Source: a virus (Duplodnaviria; Caudoviricetes). Taken from it: DNA of 64,000 nucleotides. The stretch lies in the IMG/VR virus record IMGVR_UViG_2721755523_000003, positions 1 through 64,000 of that record; one strand, written 5' to 3'. The notes below the pieces were generated by a model, which was not told the origin of the DNA, ran no database searches, and saw only the letters and a program-made list of their open reading frames with translations. A program made the position numbers and the translations under genes. Within the stretch, counting starts at the first letter, position 1. Every line of letters begins with the position of its first letter. Shown piece by piece: positions 19,143 to 28,731 of this stretch.

Positions 19143-20740
19143 TCCTGCTCCTGGGGGGCTTGTTTCGGAGGGGTTGCTTTGGGTTGCTGGGGCGCCGCTG
19201 CGCCAGCCTTGGGGGTGGGCAGCATTCCGTCCTTGACCAGGCGCTCGTACTCGGCCAGCTTCTGGTCGTAGGTCTCGTCCCAGCCGCTGCCGAACAGCTC
19301 CCACTCCGCGCGCTCGCGCGTCATCAGCCGCGCGTCGATGGCCTCGACATAGGCCTCGACCTCGGCCTTGGGATCGATGCTGCCCATGCTGTCGCCCGGC
19401 CAGGCGGCACGCGTGTAGGCCCAGCGCAGCAGCGGGTCGGCAAAGAAACCCGGCGCGGGCACGCGGCCGCGCGCCACCGCCTCGGTCAGCCAGGTCTCGA
19501 ACACCGGCTGGCAAAAGCTCAGCGACAGCCAGTAGCGCACGCTGCGGAAATACACCCAGGCATCCAGCAGCGCGGCCTTGCTGGCGGAATAGCTGGAGTT
19601 GAACTGCTTGACCAGCAGCTCGAAGGGGATGCCCAGGGCGACGCCCATCTGCTTGATGACCGCCTGGATGAAGGGCTCGAAATTCGGGTTGGGCCGCACC
19701 GGGTTGACGAAGCTGGCTTTTTCACCCGGCGCCAGGCCCACCACGGCGCCCATGCCCAGGGCGATATCCGCGGGCGCCTCGCTCTGAGTCGCGCTGGAGC
19801 CATCGAACACCGGCGCAACGCTGCCACCAGGCGCCTCGATGAACACGGTGAGGTAGGCCGTCAGCACTGCGGCCATGATCTCGGCCTCGGTGTAGCGCGA
19901 GATCTGCTTGATGCAGTCGATGATCGGCGCCAGGTAAGGCACGCCCCGGGGCATTCCCGGGCGAAGGCAGCGGAAGTGGTGCAGCATGCGGCGGCGACCG
20001 CTGCGGCCCAGGCGTTCGATCCATTCGCCCTTGTATGCACCACCCGCTGTTGGCAAGCCGCTGCCCGGGTGCTTGTCGTACAGGTGGTAGGCCTCTGGTG
20101 CACCGTGAGCGTTCAGGCGCACGCCGCCGGACTCGGTGTCACTGTCGGCCTTGCCGCCGGGGTTGCCGACGCGGTCGGCTTCCAGCACCTGGATGCGCAG
20201 CTCGTAGGGCTGGGTGGCCGTGCGTTCGCCATCAGGCAGAAGGGAGAAGCAATCGCCGCTTTCCAACGCCGACCGCAGGACCAGCGCCTGCAGCTGGTAG
20301 AAATTCTGCTTGCCCTCGATATCGCACTCGGTGCTGTCGGCCCACAGGCTGAATTCCTGCTGCACCTTGGCTTTCCACGCCAGAGCGCGGTCGCGCGACC
20401 AGCCCAACACCGCCAGATTCGGCTGCGCGCTGAGCGCCAGGCCCGTGCCCACGACCCGGTCGATGTTGGTGTTGATGGCACCCACCGCGATGGGGCTGGT
20501 GCGCGCAAGCTCGCGCGACGCGCCACGCTGGAAAGGCAGTTGGCGCATCGTGTCCGACCGGGCATCCCGGGGACGCGGATTCCAGAAGCGGCGCGGAGAG
20601 GCAGAGCCGGCGGATGGCATCTCGCCGCCCATGGCCTGCATTGCTCCCAGCGTCTGGACCTTGGCGCGGGACAGCGCCCTATCAGCCGCCCAGCCGGGAG
20701 CCACCGCTGCAATCGCGCGGTCAAGCAGATTGAGTTCCAT
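19139..20740 (-). CDS. Portal protein, lambda family
   Basis: 533 aa with RGVPYLAPII and NYS/SYSASKAALL lambda-portal motifs. Confidence 0.92.
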   Translation of the reverse strand: MELNLLDRAIAAVAPGWAADRALSRAKVQTLGAMQAMGGEMPSAGSASPRRFWNPRPRDARSDTMRQLPFQRGASRELARTSPIAVGAINTNIDRVVGTGLALSAQPNLAVLGWSRDRALAWKAKVQQEFSLWADSTECDIEGKQNFYQLQALVLRSALESGDCFSLLPDGERTATQPYELRIQVLEADRVGNPGGKADSDTESGGVRLNAHGAPEAYHLYDKHPGSGLPTAGGAYKGEWIERLGRSGRRRMLHHFRCLRPGMPRGVPYLAPIIDCIKQISRYTEAEIMAAVLTAYLTVFIEAPGGSVAPVFDGSSATQSEAPADIALGMGAVVGLAPGEKASFVNPVRPNPNFEPFIQAVIKQMGVALGIPFELLVKQFNSSYSASKAALLDAWVYFRSVRYWLSLSFCQPVFETWLTEAVARGRVPAPGFFADPLLRWAYTRAAWPGDSMGSIDPKAEVEAYVEAIDARLMTRERAEWELFGSGWDETYDQKLAEYERLVKDGMLPTPKAGAAAPQQPKATPPKQAPQEQE

Positions 20741-20746
20741 GGCGGT

Positions 20747-20989
20747 TTACCGGGGGGACAGGTAAACGACGCGGCGCACGCGGCCGGCCAGGCCCTGCAG
20801 GCGCTCGATGTTGGCGCGGCACTGCTGGATGCCCGCGCGGACCTGCTCGAGATCAGCGCGGCGATTGCGCCTGGCGGTCTGTCCGTTGCCGATCATGTAC
20901 TCCTGCGAATTCAGGATGCGTTGCTCGGCGTCGAGATAGGACTGCAGGCGCTCCCGCTCCTGCTGCAGTTCGGTGGCGGCATCAGTCAT
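20747..20989 (-). CDS. gpW-like head completion protein
   Basis: 80 aa, EYMIGNGQTARRNRRADL; directly upstream of portal; TAATG coupling. Confidence 0.75.
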   Translation of the reverse strand: MTDAATELQQERERLQSYLDAEQRILNSQEYMIGNGQTARRNRRADLEQVRAGIQQCRANIERLQGLAGRVRRVVYLSPR

Positions 20990-21741
20990 TACCAAGATCC
21001 TTTGGATTGCAGGCCAGCAATCGCGCGCTCGAACTCGGGACGGAAACGCTCCAGCGCCACGCGCTGAACGGTGCCGCTGAAGTCGAGCCGGACCGAATAG
21101 TCCGGCGCATTGCTGGTGAAGACGAACAGGGCGCGCAGGCGCTTGCCCTCGCGCCGCCAGATGCCGTCAGGCCGACCACCGCCCTGCGGCTGGCCCACGA
21201 ACATGTCATTGGCCAGGCGCCGGCCCTTGCGCAGCTTGGCACCCGTGGCACGGTCGCGCGTGGAGCTGGCGGCACGGATGCCCTTGAGGGCGTTGAGGAT
21301 GGTGCGAACCTGGGCGCCGCTGACGTTGCCGTAGGCATCCAGCTTGGCCGCTGCGCCAGGCATGGCGTACTGCGTGGGCGACAGCACGCCCTGGTAGCGC
21401 AGGGCCATCTCCAGGCCCTTGTGCTTGCGCACGCCGCCCTCGACTTCGGGGAACAGGAAGTTTTCCGGGGCCACGCCCGGGGCATGGGCGCCCGTCTTGA
21501 CCATCACGCGTGCCACCAGGTTGTCCTTGGTGGCGGGCTCGATGCGCAGCGCGTTGAGCGTGTAGGGCACCGGGTTGGAGAACACCTTGCGCATCTCGGC
21601 CGGCAGATCCTCGGTCTGCGCCTGTTTGGCGCAGCGGGTCAGCGCCGTGGCCGCAGCATAGGGAATCATGCGCGACGGCACGCCGCGCACGGACGCGATC
21701 ACGTCGGCGATCGAGGCGCCCGTGCGGTGGATGGAAAGCAT
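20989..21741 (-). CDS. Minor tail/neck protein (lambda Z-like), first gene of the late operon
   Basis: 250 aa basic protein, AAATALTRCAKQAQ...FSNPVPYTLNAL pattern. Confidence 0.6.
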   Translation of the reverse strand: MLSIHRTGASIADVIASVRGVPSRMIPYAAATALTRCAKQAQTEDLPAEMRKVFSNPVPYTLNALRIEPATKDNLVARVMVKTGAHAPGVAPENFLFPEVEGGVRKHKGLEMALRYQGVLSPTQYAMPGAAAKLDAYGNVSGAQVRTILNALKGIRAASSTRDRATGAKLRKGRRLANDMFVGQPQGGGRPDGIWRREGKRLRALFVFTSNAPDYSVRLDFSGTVQRVALERFRPEFERAIAGLQSKGSW

Positions 21742-21754
21742 GGATGGAAGCTCC

Positions 21755-21792
21755 AAAACAAAGCCCCCGACTCCTTTCGGAGACCGGGGGCT
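21755..21792 (-). terminator. Terminator in the late-operon leader (tR'-like)
   Basis: Minus strand AGCCCCCG/CGGGGGCT stem with inner CTCC-GAAA-GGAG, followed by TTTGTTTT. Confidence 0.65.
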
Positions 21793-21887
21793 GATACCGA
21801 CTTTCGCTGCTGCGGTGGGGTGTCGGGAGGGTGTTTCTGCGTCAGGCGGATTTTTTAGACCTACCTGAATTACTGCGAATTTTGGGG

Positions 21888-21942
21888 TGTTTTGTCACCT
21901 GCCGTCCACGGAAAAAGTGTCACCTCTGGAGGTGACAAAACA
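21888..21942. promoter_or_regulatory. Nested TGTCACCT inverted repeats upstream of the late operon
   Basis: TGTTTTGTCACCT (21888-21900) and AGGTGACAAAACA (21930-21942) form a 13-bp IR; TGTCACCTC-TG-GAGGTGACA at 21918-21937. Confidence 0.55.
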
Positions 21943-21994
21943 GGCTTTGACACTTCGGTCGACTGCAGCTAAAGGAACGAGGAATTGCAGGCGC

Positions 21995-22435
21995 TCACTG
22001 CGGCGACTGAATGGACGTGACCACGCCGTTCTCGAGATAGACATACTGGGATATACCGCCGCCACGGCGATAGACCCACTGCTCATTCACACCGTTGCTG
22101 CCGATGGTCTTGTTGATCTTGGTCGGACTGCCCCAAGAATTCTTGACTTGCGATTCAGACATGCCGCGCATGACCTTGCCGGAGATCATTGCGTCGAACT
22201 TCTCGTTGTCGTCCCGCATCTTTCCCAGGCGCGCTTGCGCACTGGCCTGATCAGCCCCCGTGTCCATTGCGGGGGCTGCATTGATCACCTCCGCTGACTT
22301 GGAGTCATTGGTGCAGGCGTGCTCCTGGTAGGTGACCTTGCCATTGGCATCCTTGCACTTGTTGATGGCCAAAGCTTGACCGCCAATGGCCAAAAGACAA
22401 GCCGCCAACACAGTGGCGCGACGAGTACTGCGCAT
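21995..22435 (-). CDS. Exported DUF4124-like protein with C-terminal BamE/SmpA-like repeat (moron)
   Basis: Signal peptide MRSTRRATVLAACLLAIGGQALA, KCKDANGKVTYQEHAC, GMSESQVKNSWGSP...EQWVY; lower GC; own RBS. Confidence 0.7.
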   Translation of the reverse strand: MRSTRRATVLAACLLAIGGQALAINKCKDANGKVTYQEHACTNDSKSAEVINAAPAMDTGADQASAQARLGKMRDDNEKFDAMISGKVMRGMSESQVKNSWGSPTKINKTIGSNGVNEQWVYRRGGGISQYVYLENGVVTSIQSPQ

Positions 22436-22457
22436 TACCTCTCTCCTGAATAGATTT

Positions 22458-22928
22458 CTATGGCCCCATTCGTTCCGCAAGAATGGACTGCGATGCGGAA
22501 TATAGGCGCTTTCTGAAGTCACCCAACACAGAATAGAAATGTTTGCGACTGATTCGCAGTGCCGAGGCCGCCACCTTCACGGGCGCAACCCGGTGCACGT
22601 AGTACAGATCGAAGACCTGCTTGTCGAGTGCGTCCGGCTGGCAGGTGTAGGCCAGGTGAAAGGCCGCCAGCTCGGCGCTGCAGGCCGCGTTGGGTCCATC
22701 GGTGCGCAGTGGCCTGGTGCGCGTGCCGCTGAGCTGGCCCAATATCGAGCCCATGCTGGGCGATGGTCCGTAGAAGCGCCGCGTGGCCTTCCACGCAACC
22801 CAGCGCTCGCACAGCTGGTCCAGATCACGCTGCTCGTCGCTGGCTTCCGGGTCGACGTCATCGTCCGGGGCCGGTGCAGTGGCGGCCAGGCGCAGGGCCT
22901 CGGGGTCGTACAGGTCGGAGCGGATCAT
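22458..22928 (-). CDS. Late-gene regulator (Q antiterminator/sigma-region-4-like HTH)
   Basis: 156 aa from MIRSDLY; C-terminal HTH VFDLYYVHRVAPVKVAASALRISRKHFY; lies upstream of the late leader terminator. Confidence 0.6.
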   Translation of the reverse strand: MIRSDLYDPEALRLAATAPAPDDDVDPEASDEQRDLDQLCERWVAWKATRRFYGPSPSMGSILGQLSGTRTRPLRTDGPNAACSAELAAFHLAYTCQPDALDKQVFDLYYVHRVAPVKVAASALRISRKHFYSVLGDFRKRLYSASQSILAERMGP

Positions 22929-25018
22929 CGGATTCCCTTTGAATAGATGCGGCGGCCGGCCGGCGCAGAGGGCGCAATTGGCGGCAGTGGGATGGACGGT
23001 GTGGCCGCAGCGGCCGGTGGCGGCGCCAGCGGCTGGGCTGCGGGTGCGGCGATTGCCCTCTCGGCAGGTACAGACGTCTGTACGGGCAGATCGGCTGGTG
23101 CAGCGGGCGGCTGGGTTGCGGTATCCGTGGCAGGCACAGGCGCGAACAGATCGCCGATGGGCGGAATCAGCTTGTCGCGCAGCCGCTGCCAGTCCAACGG
23201 GGTCCATTTGTGCAGGCCCAGCTGGTGGGCGATGGCCAGGTTGTAGACGCTGACGTCCCAGGCTTCGTTGCGCTTGCCGTTGGGCTTGATCCATTCGCGG
23301 ATGGCACGGCCCTTGTGCCAGCGCACCCGGGGCTGCTCGACCACCATCTGGTCAAACCACTCGATCGGCAGCGTCTGGTTGAAGTGCATGGCCCCTGCGC
23401 CTTCGGCGAGATGCATGCGGTTGGACAGCCAATCCTTGGCAACGTCGGTACCCACGGTCCACAACTCCACGCCGCCCGGCGTCTTGCTGCCGCCCCAATC
23501 GATGTCCACACGGCTGGGGGAGCTGCCCATGATCGGCTTGTTGGGCCGCGACGAGCCGTGCAACACGGTGCAGTTCAAGGGCCTGCGGGCAGAGCCGTAG
23601 TTGTAGACGTCCTGCGTGTTGGCGCCACCGGCGTCGATGCCGTAGGCGCTGATCATGATGGGCCGGCCCGAGGCGTGCAGCAGCGGCGTGCGCCGGATCT
23701 CGTCCAGCCGCTGCCAGACACTGCCCGGCGCCTCGGGGGGCTCCGAGGGTGAGCCTTGCAGCACGATGTAGTCGATCACCCAATGCTCCAGGCCCGGACC
23801 CCAGGCCTCGATCTGCACTTCCAGACGGTCGGGCTGGGTGTCGGCCGTCATGGTCGCAACCAGCGCCGGATCGGGCAGCACGCGCAGCGGGTACTTCTCG
23901 GCGCGGTCGCGCAGCTGCGTGGCCGTGGTGATGGTCTCGGCGTTCTTGTATGACAGGCCCAGCCGCGTGTTGTAGAACACCTGCATGGCGTTGTGATCGC
24001 CCCGCTGCAGCTGCGCCTTGGCGTGCGAGTAGTCCCGCGCCAGCGTCAGCCAGGTGATGGCGCCGACCGGCATGTAGAACGCCGACAGCGTGAAGCTCAC
24101 GGTCTCGCCATCGCCCTTGGATGTGGCGACCCAGCGCGCCTGCCCGCCGGCGGCCACGTCGCGCAGCATGGCGGTCTTGTGGCGCTCATCGATCTCGCAG
24201 CCGCAGGCTGGGCACACGAACCAGGCGCGGTCCATGAAGCCGGTCTGCTCATCGCGGGCGAACCGGAAGTTCTCCAGCGCCAGCACATGCAGGTGCTCGC
24301 AGTGCGGGCAAGGCACGTGGTAGTACTCCTGCGTGCCCCGGGCAAACAGCTCGTCGATCTTCGAGAAGCCCTCGATGGCCGGGCTGGATGTGTAGAAGAA
24401 CTTGCAGTCGTTCTCGTACTGCGAGGCCCGTGCCTCGGCCAGGCGCACCGGATCGCCCTCGCCATCGATATTCAGCAGCAGCCGGTCTATCTCGTCGACA
24501 TAGATGTAGGGCGCCGAGACTTCGGCCAGGTTGGCGGCAGAGCCGGCCGTGTTCATGAACAGCGTGGCATCGCCCAGGAAATCCTTGGCCTGCACCGTAT
24601 TGCGGGAATCGCGGCTCTTCGAGGCGGCCACGCGCTCGGCCAGCACCGGCACGTTGCGGATCATCGTCGTGACGCGCGCCGAGAAGCGCTTGACCAGGGT
24701 ATCCGTGGGCTGCAGGGCCAGGATGTTGCGCGGGCGGCAGTGGATCAGCGAGGCGATCCAGTTGAGCGCTGTCTGCGTCTTGAACATCTGGGACGCCACC
24801 TTCGCCACCACGCGCTTGCAGGGGTGGCCGGGCGAAAGCACCTGGTGCACACGCCGGGCCGGATAGCTGCGGTCGAACCGGAAGGGGCCGGGCTTGGGGC
24901 CGCTCTGCGGCAGCTGCATGAACTTCTCTGCCCAGACATCGCACTGCAGTTCGGGATCAGGGCGCATGCCCTCGATCGCTGCGGCCACCATAAGGCCGTA
25001 TCCATCCGCCAGGTTCAT
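22925..25018 (-). CDS. Terminase large subunit (GpA family)
   Basis: VASQMFKT Walker A variant, YVDEID Walker B, zinc-binding CPHC/CPAC, nuclease GIDAGG; Pro/Ala-rich C-terminal tail. Confidence 0.93.
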   Translation of the reverse strand: MNLADGYGLMVAAAIEGMRPDPELQCDVWAEKFMQLPQSGPKPGPFRFDRSYPARRVHQVLSPGHPCKRVVAKVASQMFKTQTALNWIASLIHCRPRNILALQPTDTLVKRFSARVTTMIRNVPVLAERVAASKSRDSRNTVQAKDFLGDATLFMNTAGSAANLAEVSAPYIYVDEIDRLLLNIDGEGDPVRLAEARASQYENDCKFFYTSSPAIEGFSKIDELFARGTQEYYHVPCPHCEHLHVLALENFRFARDEQTGFMDRAWFVCPACGCEIDERHKTAMLRDVAAGGQARWVATSKGDGETVSFTLSAFYMPVGAITWLTLARDYSHAKAQLQRGDHNAMQVFYNTRLGLSYKNAETITTATQLRDRAEKYPLRVLPDPALVATMTADTQPDRLEVQIEAWGPGLEHWVIDYIVLQGSPSEPPEAPGSVWQRLDEIRRTPLLHASGRPIMISAYGIDAGGANTQDVYNYGSARRPLNCTVLHGSSRPNKPIMGSSPSRVDIDWGGSKTPGGVELWTVGTDVAKDWLSNRMHLAEGAGAMHFNQTLPIEWFDQMVVEQPRVRWHKGRAIREWIKPNGKRNEAWDVSVYNLAIAHQLGLHKWTPLDWQRLRDKLIPPIGDLFAPVPATDTATQPPAAPADLPVQTSVPAERAIAAPAAQPLAPPPAAAATPSIPLPPIAPSAPAGRRIYSKGIR
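23068..23083. promoter_or_regulatory. 16-bp palindrome copy 2 (GTACAGACGTCTGTAC, perfect)
   Basis: Perfect palindrome inside the low-complexity terminase tail. Confidence 0.5.
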
Positions 25019-25590
25019 GATGCCGCTCCCTCGGGCAAGGCACGCTGCAGGCGCTGCTCTGCAATGGCGAAGGCCTTGCGCAGTTCCTCGTTGATCAAGC
25101 GCTCGATCTCGCGCGAATCGGCCAGGCCCACCAGCAGGGGCGCCGCCCGCTGGCCCACGCCCATGGCTTCATCACGCAGCGCGCGGAAGGCATCGAACAC
25201 GCCGCGCCAGGCGGCCTCGCGCTCCACCAGGCGGCCAGCCTCGCGGGCGTTCTCGCGCTCCTCACGCTCCACGGACGCGCGCTCCCGGCGCACGCGCAGG
25301 GCCTGGTAGTCGTCGCCGGCCGCAGGCTGGGCCGAATCCGGGGCCTGTGGCGCGTTTCTCGCATCGCCCTCGCCTGCCCCTTGCTCGATGGGCAGCAACG
25401 CGCCAGCGCGCCCGCTGTCGGCCCTGGCGCGCGTGTTCTGTGCCCACTGCAGGTCCGCCAGCGCAGCATGGATCTTTCCATCGATCAGCGCGATCCGGCC
25501 TTCCTTCACGGCCTTGGCCACGGCCGACTTCGCCACGCCCCGGCGCCGCGCGTACTCGGCCTGCGTGATCAGGTCCATGCGCCCGTTCAC
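25015..25590 (-). CDS. Terminase small subunit (Nu1-like)
   Basis: ITQAEYARRRGVAKSAVAKAVKEGRI wHTH followed by coiled coil; overlaps terL. Confidence 0.85.
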   Translation of the reverse strand: MNGRMDLITQAEYARRRGVAKSAVAKAVKEGRIALIDGKIHAALADLQWAQNTRARADSGRAGALLPIEQGAGEGDARNAPQAPDSAQPAAGDDYQALRVRRERASVEREERENAREAGRLVEREAAWRGVFDAFRALRDEAMGVGQRAAPLLVGLADSREIERLINEELRKAFAIAEQRLQRALPEGAAS

Positions 25591-25639
25591 TTCGACCCCC
25601 GGCGTTCACCGCTTTGTTCACTTTTCCCAAACCCAGCCA

Positions 25640-25700
25640 CTGGCGCCTGCGCGGGGGCCGAATTACCCCCGTGATTCCATGCGCCGGGAGTACCTATGCC
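25640..25700 (-). other. Putative cos/packaging region
   Basis: Minus strand AGGTACTCCCGGCG...GGGGGTAATTCGGCCCCCGCG just upstream of the small terminase, where GpA-type phages carry cos; cut site not identifiable. Confidence 0.35.
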
Positions 25701-25779
25701 GGGGGTGGTGGTGCCGCCGGCCGTCAACAGATCCAGCCCTTCCATTTCTTCCTTCCTCTCTCTATACAAACAAAGAAGT

Positions 25780-26005
25780 GATTACGTAGTTACGAGCGCG
25801 CGTAACAGCGAAACCCGCGCCAGGCTTGGCGCGTTACACGATTACGCCGTTACACGCCTCACGCATGTGCATGCACGCGCCCACACACACCCGCCCACCC
25901 GCCTGCATGCACACACACATACGCGAGGCTGCTGTAACGCTGTAATCGTGTAACGACCCGCGCCAGTGCTGGATTCCAGCGTTACGCGTCGGTGTAATGG
26001 CGTAA
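25780..26005. repeat. GTTAC/GTAAC iteron-like array (putative replication origin)
   Basis: Many GTTAC, GATTAC and GTAAC units; 14-bp IR at 25832-25845/25942-25955; CCCGCGCCAG direct repeat; central alternating purine-pyrimidine tract. Confidence 0.6.
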
Positions 26006-26015
26006 CGGCGCTGCA

Positions 26016-27665
26016 CTACTGACCTCCCTGTGGTTCTTGCTCGTTGGGGGCCGGGGCACCGCTGCCATAGCCCGAGTACTTGCGCAGCGCATCCGCGAAG
26101 TCGCGCACGGCCGAGGTGGCCCAATCGCCCTCGGTCATGCGCTGCGCGCCCTCGCCCAGGATCGGCTCGGTCACCAGGAACATGCGCTCGGTCTTCTTGG
26201 CCTGCCCGGGCCGGGTCACGTTCATGGGCTTGGTGCGCACCGGGCAGCCCTGCCCCTCGGCAAAGCGCACCACCGTGGGCGTGAAGCGCGTCTGGGGGAA
26301 GGGGTAGCGGTCGCCCGTGCGCTGACACCATTTCAGGTATGCGGCATAGGCCTGGGTGATGGCGCAGGAGTGGTAGGGCAGATCCAGCTCGCCCGCCTGC
26401 CACTCGGACCAGAACAGCTCGGGGCTCTTGCGGTTGATCGCAATCAGTGCCGACTTGGCTTCCGTCATCGGGGCCGGGGCAAAGGGGTGGAAATCGCCGA
26501 GCGGGTAGTTGAGCAGGTAGTGGTAGAACGCCTCCACCCCGCCACTGTCGCGCCAGTCGCCCAGCGCCTTGTAGTACTCGAAGCCCTTGGCCCGGGGCGT
26601 GTAGACCACCAGGTAGCGCCGGTCGGAGTTGTCCAGCGCCAGCGGCTGCAGCTCGTTGGAGAGGAACACGATGTTCATGTGGTTCTTCTCCTCGCGCCGC
26701 GTCAGGTGCTTGGGGTTGATCTGCACAGTGGGCGAGGTGATCAGCGCCTTCAGCCGGTTCTTGTTGTGGACCAGCTCGGCCCGGCTGGACACTTCGTCGC
26801 CCACCACGAACAGCTTGCAGCTGCGCCAATCGTTGTGCTTGTCCTCCAGCTCGTCCTGCCCCACCAGGGCGCCGTACTTGCCGTAGATGGCAACCATGAT
26901 GTCGAACAGGAAGTTCTTGCCCGCGCCCTCATCGCCATGCATCACCACCGCCGTGCGCAGCTTGGTGCCGGGATGCTGCAGTGGGTAGGCCAGCCAGCAC
27001 AGCAGCCAATGCATGATGTCGCCGGTATCGCCCTCATCGGGCGTGGCCCGGCTGGTCAAGAAGGAAACGAGTTCCAGCATGGGCTGCACGTCGCCCTCTT
27101 TCGGCACCATGGCCATGCCGTCGAACAGGTTCACGGTGGAAGCCGGGTCGGCCTGCAGGGTGGGGTCGAACACCACGTCTTCCAGCCGCACCGTGCGCCG
27201 CTTCTCGCTGGCCTTCCACATCCGCACCATGTCGGCGCCATGGGCGTGGCCCATGTTGGCGATCTTCATGATCAGCCGCTCCGATCCGTCCCACACCGTG
27301 TCCGTGCCGTAGATCAGCGCGAAGTTCTCGATCAGGTGGTTGAACCGGCCCCAATCGATGGTCTTCTCCTTCTTTCGCCCCTGCACAGGCTGGTCGGCGG
27401 CAGGGCTCTTGCCACCCCCATCCCCAGAGTCGCGCGCAGCTGCGCCTTTTTTGGGGGACGGGGGGCGCTGGGCGAGATCCGGCGCCGGCCGCGCCTCGCC
27501 CGCGATGCGCACACCCGACTGAAAGTCGACGTGCACAACAGCCCCATCCAGCGGCGCTGGCGCGCCGTGAGTGGACGAAGCATGCGACTCTCCGGTCGCA
27601 TGCGGTGGCGCCGTTGACGGCAATGGCGCCGCGCTGGGGTTGAGGTTGTCGGTGTTCTCAGCCAT
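26016..27665 (-). CDS. SF3/D5-like primase-associated helicase (DUF5906)
   Basis: Start MAENTDN; Walker A HGDEGAGKN, Walker B VVGDE, INPK, FLSN and DRRY motifs. Confidence 0.85.
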   Translation of the reverse strand: MAENTDNLNPSAAPLPSTAPPHATGESHASSTHGAPAPLDGAVVHVDFQSGVRIAGEARPAPDLAQRPPSPKKGAAARDSGDGGGKSPAADQPVQGRKKEKTIDWGRFNHLIENFALIYGTDTVWDGSERLIMKIANMGHAHGADMVRMWKASEKRRTVRLEDVVFDPTLQADPASTVNLFDGMAMVPKEGDVQPMLELVSFLTSRATPDEGDTGDIMHWLLCWLAYPLQHPGTKLRTAVVMHGDEGAGKNFLFDIMVAIYGKYGALVGQDELEDKHNDWRSCKLFVVGDEVSSRAELVHNKNRLKALITSPTVQINPKHLTRREEKNHMNIVFLSNELQPLALDNSDRRYLVVYTPRAKGFEYYKALGDWRDSGGVEAFYHYLLNYPLGDFHPFAPAPMTEAKSALIAINRKSPELFWSEWQAGELDLPYHSCAITQAYAAYLKWCQRTGDRYPFPQTRFTPTVVRFAEGQGCPVRTKPMNVTRPGQAKKTERMFLVTEPILGEGAQRMTEGDWATSAVRDFADALRKYSGYGSGAPAPNEQEPQGGQ

Positions 27666-28731
27666 ACCGCCTCGCCATCGCATCGACCACCGCCACCAGC
27701 TGCCGGCGGACCACGTCCAGGCCCTCAAGGACGTGCAAATCGTTGAAGTCCGTATCCTTCGGCCCCCGTGTCGAGGCCTTGAAGATGGGCCAGACCAGAT
27801 CGCAGCCGTCCGTGGCCTTGGCGGCCCGGCTGGCGGCCGTGCGGCCCGGGTTGAGCAGCGCGCCCGTGCGCTTGTCCCGGGTCATGTAGTCGTCGTCGGC
27901 CAGGATCAGAATGCGCGTAGCCGGGTACAGCGCCCGCAGCACTCGCACCACCTCGGCCAGGTTGCCGGCGTCCAGGGCCACGAACACCGGGTGCTGGTGG
28001 TCGACCGCCATGCGGGCTGTCAGGCCCGTGGCATAGCCCTCGACCACCATCAGCAGCGCGGTGCTGGCAGCGTCGATCTCGCCCAGGCGGATGCAGCAGC
28101 CCGGCTTGTCGAAGGCCCGCAGGTAGATCTTCATGCCGTCCGGCTTGATGAACTGCAGCCCGCGCAGTGCCTGGTCGCGGGGCAGATCGGGGCGCACCAG
28201 GGGCAGCAGCGTGGTGCCGGCCGGCAGGCGCACCACCACGTCTTCATCACCACGCTTACGGGCAGGCCAGCGCAGCGACAGCTGGCGGTCCAGCGCGCGG
28301 AAGGCCTCGCCCTGCACCTGCTTGCGGTCCAGATAGGGCGTAGTGGCCACGCGCACACCCTTGCGCCAGATGTCGATGGCTTCAGCCATCGCATTGGCGA
28401 TCTCGGCAGCACGCTCGATCGCCACAGCCTCCGCCAGCGCCTTGCGGTGGGCCGCCTGGCGGGCGCGCTCGGCCTCGGACAGGGGCGCCAGGTCAATCTC
28501 CACCTTCTGCCAATCGCCGCCATGCCGATAGGTGCCGAACGAGCCGACCACATACGTGCCGCCGGCATCTGGCTGCCACAGGTGCAGCTTGTACCAATCC
28601 TTGCCGCCGGCGCCGCAGGTGGTCTTGCGCCCTGCCCTGATCCTGTCAGGCAGATCACGCCGATCCCGGTCGCGCAGCGCGATGCCGAAATGCTCCATCT
28701 GGTGCAGCACGCTCTGGTAGTTGTCCATCAC
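27658..28731 (-). CDS. TOPRIM primase (P4 alpha/TraC-like N-terminal part)
   Basis: VVEGYATG, VALDAGNL, ILADDD and DFNDL TOPRIM motifs. Confidence 0.85.
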   Translation of the reverse strand: MMDNYQSVLHQMEHFGIALRDRDRRDLPDRIRAGRKTTCGAGGKDWYKLHLWQPDAGGTYVVGSFGTYRHGGDWQKVEIDLAPLSEAERARQAAHRKALAEAVAIERAAEIANAMAEAIDIWRKGVRVATTPYLDRKQVQGEAFRALDRQLSLRWPARKRGDEDVVVRLPAGTTLLPLVRPDLPRDQALRGLQFIKPDGMKIYLRAFDKPGCCIRLGEIDAASTALLMVVEGYATGLTARMAVDHQHPVFVALDAGNLAEVVRVLRALYPATRILILADDDYMTRDKRTGALLNPGRTAASRAAKATDGCDLVWPIFKASTRGPKDTDFNDLHVLEGLDVVRRQLVAVVDAMARRYG

